DNA of 64,000 bases, taken from positions 13,022,001 through 13,086,000 of the forward strand of contig CM075990.1 of the NCBI GenBank assembly GCA_038087875.1, in the 5' to 3' direction. The notes beneath the pieces were generated by a model, which saw only the letters and a program-made list of their open reading frames with translations, did not search any database and was not told the DNA's origin. The translations under genes and the position numbers were made by a program. Shown here piece after piece: positions 1 through 10,425 of the stretch. Origin of the DNA: Malacoraja senta (Eukaryota). Position 1 is the first letter of the stretch; each line of letters opens with the position of its first letter.

Positions 1-649
1 GCTGGAGAAAGGGAATAGGTGATGTTTCGGGTCGAGACCCTTTCATCGGGCTGAATGGGCCTGTACCTGTGCTGTACATTTCTAAGATTCGATAAAATGT
101 TCTTTGTAAATGTGATGAAGTTCCAGCTTTTCAGATTTATAAATAAAAATTCCTCAAATCCTTCCAATACTTCTTCTCATAGCCTTAATTATTTTCTGTC
201 TGTTTATTGAGCTCTTTCCTCCATCTGAGCATCCCAGATCCTGAAATCCGCAGCTCCCACACTAGACAGGGTTGTACTGTCAGAGAGTAATCTTTAATTG
301 AGGTCTCTCCTGTAGAGCCCTGGAAACAAATATATAATCCAATTTTCGTTCGACAGAAGCACTTTGTCAATGTCAGTGATATTAGACAGACTGATCCATG
401 CAGAGCAGATCAACTACCTTGTGCCTATTGCCATGGGGTTGGTCCTTTTACAGAACAAAAGTTGCTATTAACTTTACTTGTAAAAGCCAAATGACAACAG
501 ATGGCTCAGTGCCAAGGTTTGTCTAATTAACACTCCTATGAAGCACCTTGGGACATTTTAACATGTGCAAGTACAATCGTGAGGTTTCAGAAAGTTCTGT
601 GCTTGCCTACAGTGTACAAGGATATGGAGAAACGGCAGGTAAATGGCAC

Positions 650-1187
650 TGTGAAAAATATACATCTTTTAGATGCGCTGGGACGCATCCTCAGTGATGT
701 GATCTGGGTCATCGGGTGTTTGGGGTCTCACAACATCAGACACCCTCGCCCAGGCGACCCAGCTGGGGTTGATCAGGCCCCGACTTGCGTCCCAGCAGCA
801 TCCGCCCACGGATCAGCCATCTTAACAATTACTCTGCAGGGGTTGGAAGGGACTGGAGGGACTGGGCTCTGTGGGGTGAGTCCTGGCCGGGCTCCTCCTG
901 CGTCTCACCAGGTTCAAGGCCTGTATGTGCGTTGCACCTCTTTCTCCTTCTCCGAGCATTTCATTCTCGCCTGATGGATTTTTAGGCCACGGTGGTTCAT
1001 TAGTCCTTTCCGTAGCTTTATTGGGTGTCTTTCTCACGAAAGACACAGACTGGGGTGCTAACCCAGCCTGTCCCGGGTGCCGTCTTTCCGTGCCGTCAAC
1101 TGTCTCTCCAGTAGTCACCAAACTATTCTTGGTTGTCACCCAGTCTATTCCTAGGTGCCACTGGCTGAGCCAGACTTCAGTGTGAAG
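650..1187 (-). mobile_element. Internally deleted non-autonomous HERO-like element (5' part fused to C-terminus and 3' UTR)
   Basis: Minus strand encodes NHRGLKIHQARMKC, resembling the GLKIHQGKKKC zinc finger of the large element. It then jumps to KMADPWADAAGTQVGA*, resembling KRKDPCWAP*. The same structured 3' UTR follows. Ends are approximate. Confidence 0.75.
672..802 (-). ncRNA. Second copy of the HERO 3' hammerhead-like structure (G12 mutated to C)
   Basis: CUGAGGA at 694-688, GUC at 741-739, CAAA instead of GAAA at 722-719. Stems GGGUGU/ACACCC, UGAUGU/ACAUCA, GGGUC/GACCC, GGGACGCA/UGCGUCCC. Confidence 0.55.
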
Positions 1188-1734
1188 TAAGACAGACACA
1201 AAACGCTGGAGTAACTCAGTGGGACAGGCAGCATCTCTGGAGAGAAGGAATGGATGTCAAGACCCGTCTTCAAGCTGAGTCAAGAGAGAGAGAGAGAGGA
1301 AGGCCTTGGAGATCAAGTTCATGGATATTTTTTAAAGCAGGGACAGATAGATTCTAGATTAGCACGGGTGTCAGAGTTTATGGGAAGAAGGCAGGAGATT
1401 AGGGTTAGGACGGAGAGATAGATCAGTCATGATTGAATGGTGGAGTAGACTTGATGGGCTGAATGGCCTAATTCGGCTCCTATTACTTATGACCTTATGA
1501 CTAGAGATATGATTAGATAAATCAATATTCGTACCGCTGGGTTGTAAGCTGCCCAAGCGAAATATGAGGTGCTGTTCCTCCAATTGGCTTTGGGCCTCAC
1601 TCTGACAGTAAGACAACCAGGATCTGTCTCTATAACAAAATCAGGGTTGTAGGGGTGGAAATGGATTCATAATTTTCCAAAGAATTTAATGCCTCACTTG
1701 AAGTGCGACCCTGTCATAGTGTGGAGCTCTCAGT

Positions 1735-2330
1735 CATAGCGTCATAGGCCCTTCAGCCCAACTTGCCCACACTGGCCAACATGTCCCAGCTACACTAGTC
1801 TCACCTGCCTGTGTTTGGTCCATATCCCTCCAAACTTGTCCTATCCATGTACCTGTCTAACTGTTTCTTAAATGTTGGAATAGTCCCAGCCTCAACTACC
1901 TCCTCTGGCAGCTTGTTCCATACACCCATCATCCTTTGTGTGAAAAAGTTACCCCTCAGATTCCTATTAAATCTTTTCCCTCCCACATCTGTCCTCTGGT
2001 CCTCGAATCTACTCTGGGCAAGAGATTCTGTGCATCTACCCGAGTTATTCCTCTCATGATTTTATACACTATAAGATCATCCCTCATCCTCCTGTGTTCC
2101 AAGGAATAGAGACCCAGCCTACTCAACCTCTCCCTATACCTAGTCCTGGCAACATCCTCGTAAATCTTCTCTGAACCCTTTCAAGCTTGACAATATCTTT
2201 CCTATAACATGGTGCCCAGAACTGAACACAATATTCTAAATGTGGTCTCACCAACGTCTGATACAACTGCAACATGACCTCCCAACTTCTATACTCAATA
2301 CTCTGACTGATGAAGGCCAATGGGCCAAAA
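1735..2330 (-). mobile_element. CR1-clade LINE (HER1-like) 3' fragment
   Basis: Encodes MLQLYQTLVRPHLEYCVQFWAP...LERVQRRFTRMLPGL and RGNFFTQR..VWNKLPEEVVEA, the typical CR1 ORF2 C-terminus. Confidence 0.9.
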
Positions 2331-2937
2331 TGTGCTCTGTTAGTAACCTACTCCCATGGGCGTGTACCCAAACCAATGACCACACTACCATTCATCAAGC
2401 CAAGGAGATGCATAATAATTATGTTTTTTTAAGTGGAACATGATATTTCCGCTTGTGGCTGTCATCCTTTGGTACAGCGCAGAGAATACTTCAAATTACT
2501 TCAGGCATAACTTTTTGATTTTTTCCCCCCCCCTTCCTGCCAATATTCTCTTGTAATTTAAATCTTAATAATTGATTCCAGTAAACATCAACCTGAAAAG
2601 TCTAGCGGAGTGCTGGAAAAAGACTTGCTTTACAACTGCTGTGGATATGATGACAGCTCCGGGCAATCATTGGCTCCAATGGCCTCGATAGAGATTTTCA
2701 GCAGACTTTATTATACCCGTGGTTAAATACTGCACAGAATTAATTGATGTAGACTCTACAGTGGTAATGAAGACAATATTTTAGGCAGTTCTGCAAGATC
2801 ATGCTAGATGTCATGAACTTTGGAGAGACTGTGTCCTTCATTCATGGAGGATGTAACAGGGATATATGTTAATATAAATTCAATACGATGATCCTTATTA
2901 TCTAGGGATAAGGTTACACTATACCCTATATACTCTA

Positions 2938-3238
2938 GGGCGGCACAGTGGCACAGTGGTCGAGTTGCCGCCTTACAGCGCCACCGTACATAGGTCATGA
3001 CTATGGGTGCCGTCTGTACGGAGTTTGTACGTTCTCCCCGTGACCATGTGTGTTTTCTCCGGGTGCTCCAGTTTTCACCCACACTCCAAAGACGTACAGG
3101 TTTGTAGGTTAAATGGCTTCTGTAAAATTGGAAATTGTCCCTAGCGTGTAGGATAATGCTAGTGTATGGGGATCGCTGGTTGGTGTGGGCTCAGTGGGTC
3201 AAAGGGCCTGTTTCTACGCTGTATCTCTAAACTAAACT
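2938..3238 (+). mobile_element. HE1-type tRNA-derived V-SINE (representative; other copies at about 4370-4660, 28200-28525, 35500-35805, 36465-36770, 37480-37720(-), 37805-38080(-), 38540-38840, 49690-50030, 62660-63000)
   Basis: tRNA-like head gggcggcacagtgg, core gtctgtacggagtttgtacgttctccccgtgacc, CR1-like tail gggcctgtttc...ctaaactaaact. Confidence 0.8.
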
Positions 3239-5051
3239 ATAGAATTAGAAAACCGGAGGTTAGGAGATATGGATCGTATCATTTTTGTGCCGGAGCCATT
3301 TCACTAGTTAATTCCAATCATTAACGAGTGAAATGGCTCATGAAAGTCCAAATGGTTCATTCAAGTACCCTTCAAGAGTGGCACCAAGCATGTTCTTTGG
3401 TTGGGCACAGACAAGGAGGGTGAGTTTTCAACCGGTGACTCATTCATCACAAGAGATGCTGAGCAGATGGGTGGAGGCAGGAACTGGAATGGAGAGTGTG
3501 AAAGGCAGAGTTAATGCAGAGAGGTTGATTCAGTTGCTCGGTGCCCAGAGTCTTGGCATAGAATGGTTGGCCATTTAGGACTGGGACGAGGATAATTTTC
3601 TTCCCACAGAGGATTGTAAACCTTGTGTTCCAGACGACTGCGGATGCATTGGGAATATTAAGATCAGCCAGGAAAGTAGATGAGGCACAGGCATGACCTT
3701 ATTGATTGGCAGAGCCGGCTACTGCAGATAGCTATATGGGTAATATCTGCAATTACTTACATATTCTGAGCAACAGTGTACGGGGTTAAGAAACTGGACG
3801 TGCAGGAGGAAACTAATTTCTTTAAACAATTCCATCAACAAGGAGGGGTTAGAACAGAATGGTTACATCAGGCCAGAACATTGCAGGTTCACTTAGGTTC
3901 CTCCAACAACATGTGTAAAAAGCCACTTCCCATCCCTTCAAATCCTTACCTTCACCAACAATTGTGTCAGGACCAAGCACGTAGGGTGCAGCTGAAGCCC
4001 TTGCCAGACCTTTGTCACTCCAGCAGTATCCTGGTCCTTGAATGCAATTCCTTGTATCTGCCCTGTGCCCAAGTCGTAGCTCTGTCTCCAACTGCCCTGC
4101 CCATCTTCAACATTCTCAACCACACGTGCAGTTTTCAATTATTTCAGGGCCTTATAGGTTGGGTTCTGACAAATGTTATCAACACATTTTCAGTGAGTTG
4201 ATGCACGCAAAAATAATTCAGATGCCACACGTGTGAAATTAAGCAGAAAATGCTGGAAATTCTCAAGTCAGAAGACATCTGATGAATGGCCATGGACTTG
4301 TAATGCTACCTCTGCTTCTCTCTCCACAGACTCATGGAGAGGTATGTGTCATTGTATGTCATAGACTACAGGACAGCATAGTGGCTGCCTTACAGCGCCA
4401 GAGTCCCGGGTTTGATCCTGTCTACAGGTGCTGCCTGCATGGAGTTTGTACGTTCTCCCTGTGACTGCGTAGGTTATCTCCTGGTGCTCCGATTTCCTCC
4501 CACACTCCAAAGATGTGCAGATTTATAGGTCAATTGGCTTCTGGAAATTGTCCGCAGTGTGTAGGATAGAACTAGTGTACAAGTGATCATTGGTCGGTGA
4601 GGAGTCGATGGGCTGAAGGGCCTAATTCCACGCTGTCCCTCTAAATTAAACTAACCTAAAGTTAAAGTTTAAATCTGCATGAGGTAGAGTACAGATGTCA
4701 AATTTGTTTATAAAACTTTGTACCATTTCCATCATATAATATTTGGTAATTTCATGTAGCACCGTATGTCATTGCTTGTGCAGTGTTTGTAACATTTTGG
4801 GTGAGGTGTTAGTTCAGTTTTTAAGTGTTCAGGATTTGTTGCTCTGTGAGACTTGAGTTCTGGCTGATGGAGAATAGCTGTAAGAGAGAACAAATTGTAA
4901 CCTGGTGATATTTATAGCCGTTGGTAAACCGTGTCTACCAGAGCTGACAAAATGTGTAGGAAGGAACTGCAGATGCTGGTTTAAATCGAAGATAGACACC
5001 AAAAGCTGGAGTAACTCAGTGGGACACGCTGCCTGTCCCGCTGAGTTTCGA

Positions 5052-5420
5052 TCGACAATAGACAATAGGTGCAGGAGTAGGCCATTTGGCCCTTCGAGCC
5101 AGCACCGCCATTCAATGTGATCATGGCTGATCATCCCCAATCAGTACCCCTTTCCTGCCTTCTCTCCATAACCCCTGACTCCGCTATTTTTAAGATCCCT
5201 ATCCAGCTCGCTCTTGAAAGCATCCAGAGAACCTGCCTCCACCGCCCTCTGAGGCAGAGAATTCCACAGACTCACCACTCTCTGTGAGAAAAAGTGTTTC
5301 CTCGTCTCTGCTCTAAATGGCTTACTCCTTATTCTTAAACTGTGGCCCCTAGCTCTGGACTCCCCCAACATCGGGAACATGTTTCCTGCCTCTAGTGTGT
5401 CCAAGCCCTTAACAATCTTA
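5052..5420 (-). mobile_element. CR1-clade LINE 3' fragment
   Basis: Encodes KIVKGLDTLEAGNMFP...RGHSLRIR...FFSQRVVSLWNSLPQRAVEA. 3' UTR ends in a ctattgtctattgtc tail. Confidence 0.88.
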
Positions 5421-6302
5421 TTCTGCCAGAGCAACTTGACAGCAGATCTCATTCCAACAGGCTACAAATGCCTCGACATCCTGAGCCTTCCCCCACACTG
5501 GTGGCCTGATATCTCCATGAAGCGGAGATGCTGCGGGCCAAATGTGACCTCCCAAGAGCTCCTCTCGCGTGGAGCTACAAGTCAGCGAACAGCTGATACC
5601 ACTGGACATCTCAGTCCAAATGGGCGATTGGAATAAAAATGGCCATAGCGCTGTCCAGTACAAGAAGTGAATGGAGGAAGGGCAGGAGTGAATGCGGAAG
5701 CAGGGAAAAGATTGATAAAGGGCTGCAGAGAGGAAAGGTCTGCAGTACGGCATTCAATATGATTAAAGCTCCCTTGAGTTGATCCAATAGACGGACCTAC
5801 ATAAGTGTCACATTAACTGCTCAGCACAAGGACCGCGACGGAAGGCTTTCAGAGGTTGGTAGATGGCAGATGTCATCACTCCATTCACACGTTTGCTTGT
5901 AAGTTCTGACCATGTTCTCATCTTGCTTTCCACTGGTGAGTTCCTGGAGATTTATCCAATTGTGAACACGCCACTAAACTATAAAAAAAAAGTTAATATC
6001 CTTGCGACTGACAGAATAGCAATATTGAAACTGGCAAGCCGTCCCTCCTGAGGTTCACACACTGCTGAACACTGGAATTAAATCCAGAAGTCGGTGCGTA
6101 GGAGCCAGCTTCCTGATACACTGTCAATTTGCCGAGTTTTAATTTTCCGCCCTTGGGGTTGAACACATTAAAATGCAGCTCTTACTTCCCTGCATGCTAT
6201 GGGGAAGGGGGTAGGCCAGCATTTGTCAGTGAAGTGGGAGGAACAGAACCAGTCGTAGTAACTTCACTGATTAACAAATGGTACACCACCTTGAGTTGAT
6301 GT

Positions 6303-6501
6303 TTAAGAAAGAACTGCAGATGCTGGAAAAATCAAAGGAAGACAAAAAATGCTGGAGAAACTCAGCGGTTGAGGCGGCATCTACGGAGAGAAGGAATAGG
6401 CGACGTTTCGGGTCGAGACCCTTCTTCCGAAACGTCGCCTATTCCTTCTCTCCATAGATGCTGCCTCACTCGCTGAGTTTCTCCAGCATTTTTGTGCACC
6501 T
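6303..6501. repeat. Penelope pLTR-derived short inverted-repeat element (representative; similar copies near 10438, 12100, 12815, 12978, 13690, 24620, 25142, 26070, 27954, 28667, 30990, 32645, 34640, 36232, 40600, 46315, 62345)
   Basis: aaaatgctggagaaactcagcgg...cgtttcgg followed by its reverse complement ccgaaacg...ctgagtttctccagcatttt. Same sequence as the pLTR of the GIY-YIG fragments. Confidence 0.8.
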
Positions 6502-7110
6502 TGAGGTGAGTTTAGTTTATTGCCACGTGTACAGGTGCAGTGGAAAGCTTTTGTTGCACGCTAAACCAGTCAGCAGAAAGACTATACATGAAAAAAATAA
6601 TTGTCACTCTGGAACAAAAATAATTGTCACTCCCGATCTTTTCTAGAAAGGCCACAACTGTCAGAGTGCAGCCAATTGTAGTCCCTTAACTGTAGGAAGC
6701 ATACAGCGATTCTAGAGAAGGTACAGCAAATATTCACTGGAAGGGTTCCAAGGATGCAGGATTTTAGGTAGAAGATTAAAATGTAGCAGCCAGGACTGTT
6801 CTGCTGGGTTCAAAGAAGGATGGGAGGGTTATACAAGATTAATACTGGTTGAGTTAAAACACAGAGGGAGAAAAAAAAAACTGCAGGAAGAACTCAGCAG
6901 GTCAGCGATATCTGTGGATGCAAAGGGGTGATACTGTTTCAAGTCAAGAACCTGCGTCAGGACTGTGAGTGCTGAGGGAATGTAGCTGTGATGTAAAAGT
7001 GAGCGGGAGGGGTGAGGCACAGGCTGGTTGGTGGCAGGTGGAACCAGATTTGTAGCAGAGAGTGTTAAGACAGAAGCTGATGGTAGATGGAAACGAAGGA
7101 AAAAATGAAC

Positions 7111-7305
7111 AGATGGAGCCAGGCAGGGGAGAGGAAGGGGAAGGGGAAGGGAACAGAGGCTGGTAGGTGATAGGTGGAAGCAGATAAGGAAGGGATAATG
7201 GGCAGATGGAGCCAGGCAGGGGAGAGGAAGGGGAAGGGAACAGAGGCTGGTAGGTGATAGGTGGAAGCAGATAAGGAAGGGATAATGGGCAGATGGAACC
7301 AGGTA
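7111..7305. repeat. Purine-rich tandem duplication (about 90-bp unit, 2 copies plus a partial)
   Basis: agatggagccaggcaggggagaggaagggg...gataatgggc recurs at 7111 and 7204, with a partial third copy at 7291. Confidence 0.8.
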
Positions 7306-7407
7306 GGGGGGGGTGGATAGGTGAGGTACGCCAAGGGAGAGGAGACCCAGATAAATAGGTATGTGAATGAAAATCGGAAAGCTCAATGTTGATGGGGAGA
7401 CGCCACT

Positions 7408-7607
7408 NNNNNNNNNNNNNNNNNNNNNNNNNNNNNNNNNNNNNNNNNNNNNNNNNNNNNNNNNNNNNNNNNNNNNNNNNNNNNNNNNNNNNNNNNNNNN
7501 NNNNNNNNNNNNNNNNNNNNNNNNNNNNNNNNNNNNNNNNNNNNNNNNNNNNNNNNNNNNNNNNNNNNNNNNNNNNNNNNNNNNNNNNNNNNNNNNNNNN
7601 NNNNNNN
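7408..7607. other. Assembly gap (200 N)
   Basis: Run of exactly 200 n, a placeholder of unknown true length. Confidence 0.99.
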
Positions 7608-9637
7608 GAAATAGCCAAATGTATTTTGCATATCTTTCATTCACTTGTTCGATATCCGTCCACAACACCGTCTATATCTCTCGTTTCCGTTTCCCCTGAC
7701 TCTCTAGTCTGAAGAAGGGTCTCGAGCCGAAAAGCCACCTATTCCACATTGGAAAGCTAGTTTTAATGATTTTGACTGCCGTTGAATACATAGAATAAAT
7801 TTCACAACAGAGGGATGATCAGTCACTATCACAGTTGGGAGAAGTGGTCATGGGCAGAAGGTTGCAAACTTTTATGCAAGAGACCCCGGCCGCCGACATT
7901 TTGGACGAATATAGATACAATGACAAGTGCCTATAATCAAAATACCAAACACCAATGTGATGCTTTACACAATCACATTATCATTTAAAAGAAAAAAAGA
8001 AAAGAAATTTACGTTGGCCTGCACACATAAAAGATACTGAAAAACACAGGAGTTAAACTTATCTTTCACCCAACAGTACCACAACAGGGTACCTGGCAAA
8101 TATTATGCTTTGTTTATGAAAGCTAACAACAAAGTCCCACAAGAACTATATCACAACAATGACTTCATTTCAAATTTATGTCGTGGTTGGAAGACCTTTG
8201 GGATGGCTTAAAGGATGTAAACAATGTTTATCGAAATGTACTCTATTTCCCATGTAAGTGTCTTCTTCAGTTTACTACAGATGCTTTCTGCTGTGCCCTT
8301 CCTCTCGGAACATTGTAAGCACCACAACTGTGAGATCTTTACGCAAGTGTGTTTAAAAGCATTTCAGAGGGACACTATTGATAGTGCAGCAGTCTCTAAA
8401 TACTACCCCTCAGCATCATTCTCGGCTGCATGCACTGAAGTGGTATTAAACTCCTGCCACCTTTTGAAGAGACCGTGATACCAGTTGAGACACAATCAAC
8501 TACACATGCTGAAACCTTGAGCAAAGCACAAAGTACTGGAGTAACGCAGTGGGTCAGGCAGCATCTGTGGAGGATGTGGATAGGCGATGTTTCGGTTCAG
8601 GACCCTTCTTCACGATACCAATTGAGCCAAGTTTATCAAATTAAACTGACAAGATTGAAGGGAGATGAAAGGCCACAAAAAGTCATGTACTTTAAAAAAA
8701 CATCTGTAAATGCTAATGGGAGGATAAAGCAGGGTCTCACCACTGGATTTAAAGAGTTTGAATTTTTACAGTGACAATATTCTAAGAACGAGTGAACTCA
8801 ATTGAGTAATTCCACAGTCAAACAAGTTGAGTGATCATGCTGGTTTAAATGATAGGCACCAAAATGAAACAAAATCTGGTAGTACTATTTTTGCTTCAAA
8901 AAATCTTTGCTTGGATTGAGAGGAGATGCTGTGCTTCATTCAATTACTCTGTTTCTTTTGCTCTTATAATTAGACTGCTTTCTGAACACGCTGATTGTGT
9001 TTGTTTTACAATGGCCTGTTTGCTGTGAGCCCATATAGACACCCATCTTACTGCTAGCTGACGTCAGTTTTCAATGGAGAACCTGTTCAAAAAATACCCC
9101 CCACAACCTGCTTCAATGCAAAGCCTTTTCTACTTCTGCTGTGATAAGTGCACCTGAGGAAGATGCTTAATCCACTGAACAACCAACATAAACTACTCCA
9201 CATCTCACATATACTTGTTATGTAAACCAAAAGATGCTCTCCTAACAAACATTAATCTAAGTGTGAGTCATGATCTCCTGAGAGACAATGTTCCAATCTT
9301 AACACTCGCCTTGGAAATAACTTATTGCTACGTGTTTACTCAAGTAGAAGTTGAATCCACTGGCACTCATTTGTATTCATGTCGCTGGTGAATGTGAGCA
9401 GACAGGGGTTGTATTGCATTACGTTCAACAGAGACAAATACAATGAATATGTGACAGAAACAAGCGACTGGATGTAAAACATTTCTAACTAAAGATGCTG
9501 GTGATAGAAATGCGTATGGCCCTTCAGTGGAAGTGCTGAATACAATTACTGCCTCCCCGAACCAAATGCGAATCATCAAAACCCACCAAATGTAGGGTTT
9601 GGAATCTGTCTCACAACCAGGTAATCATAGCCCCTAC

Positions 9638-10033
9638 CAAAGATCCTATAGCGGAGCAAGATAGACCACTCCTGCTAAATGCAATGGCCTGACGTGTAGT
9701 ACGCAACGGAACGGAACGTGGGCCTTTTTTTCATCCATTTCCATAACCCGACCCGACCCGACTCGCAGTGTAATCAACGTTGCGGGGGAACAGTTTGTGT
9801 TAATAAATTAAAATTCTGAAAATGAGGAGAAGATTTTTACCAAATAACTTTTATTTTTACGAGGATGTTGCCGTAACCGGCTTCCGTCTCCACACTAGTA
9901 TCCTATGGGATCTTTGGTGCGGAGACGGAAGCCGGTTACGGAAATGGGGGCCGAAAATTACCCATGAATCTGCCCATGACCGTACTACATCTTTTTCGTC
10001 GAGTGGACTCTCTTGCTCGCTATAGGATCTTTG
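9638..10033. mobile_element. MITE with about 35-bp imperfect TIRs (CAAAGATCCTATAGCG...) and 8-bp TSD
   Basis: caaagatcctatagcggagcaaga and tcttgctcgctataggatctttg are inverted. Flanking gcccctac is duplicated at 9630-9637 and 10034-10041. An 8-bp TSD fits hAT or P superfamilies. Confidence 0.8.
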
Positions 10034-10044
10034 GCCCCTACTAC

Positions 10045-10425
10045 ATCCAGATTTCTTCCTGCTGTACCATGATCCACCTCCATCCAGCCCCTTTTACCCC
10101 TCCTCCACCTGGCTCACACTGTTATTCCATCTGGCTCCATGCAGTATCCACCCCCCGTTCCCCGCCTCCACCCAGCCCTCTTGCTGCTCCTCCATTCAGC
10201 CCCTTTACCCCTCCTTCATTCACCCCTCATCCCATTTTGCTCCATCCAGCTTCATTCCCCCTGGACCATCCGGCCCCCTTGCCCCTCCTCCATCCAGCCC
10301 ATTTCCCCTATCCAGCCTCCGTTTCTCCTGTGCCATTCAGCCCCATTCACCAATGCATAAAGCTGCTTTCCCTGTGTCAAACGGCCCCCTTCCAGCCTGG
10401 GCCACACACCCTCTTCCAGCCATCC
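10045..10425. repeat. Pyrimidine-rich degenerate minisatellite (ctccatccagcccc-like units)
   Basis: Recurring ccatccagcc and ccattcagcc motifs. Explains the Pro-rich spurious ORFs here. Confidence 0.6.

Noticed and set aside
185..370. Possible terminal exon (tttccag|GGCTCT...TAA)
   Set aside because: None of the three frames resembles the ASCC1 C-terminal region.
2938..3010. tRNA gene
   Set aside because: tRNA-like head of an HE1-type SINE; no complete cloverleaf.
3776..4236. Overlapping ORFs with a strong minus-strand donor (AAG|gtaagg at about 3950)
   Set aside because: No clear acceptor and no similarity to the expected ASCC1 exons or any protein I recognise.
5418..5753. 111-aa minus-strand ORF next to a CR1 fragment
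   Set aside because: No recognisable domain and no splice signals.
6829..7712. Long ORFs spanning the N run
   Set aside because: Artefacts of the gap and the adjacent tandem duplication.
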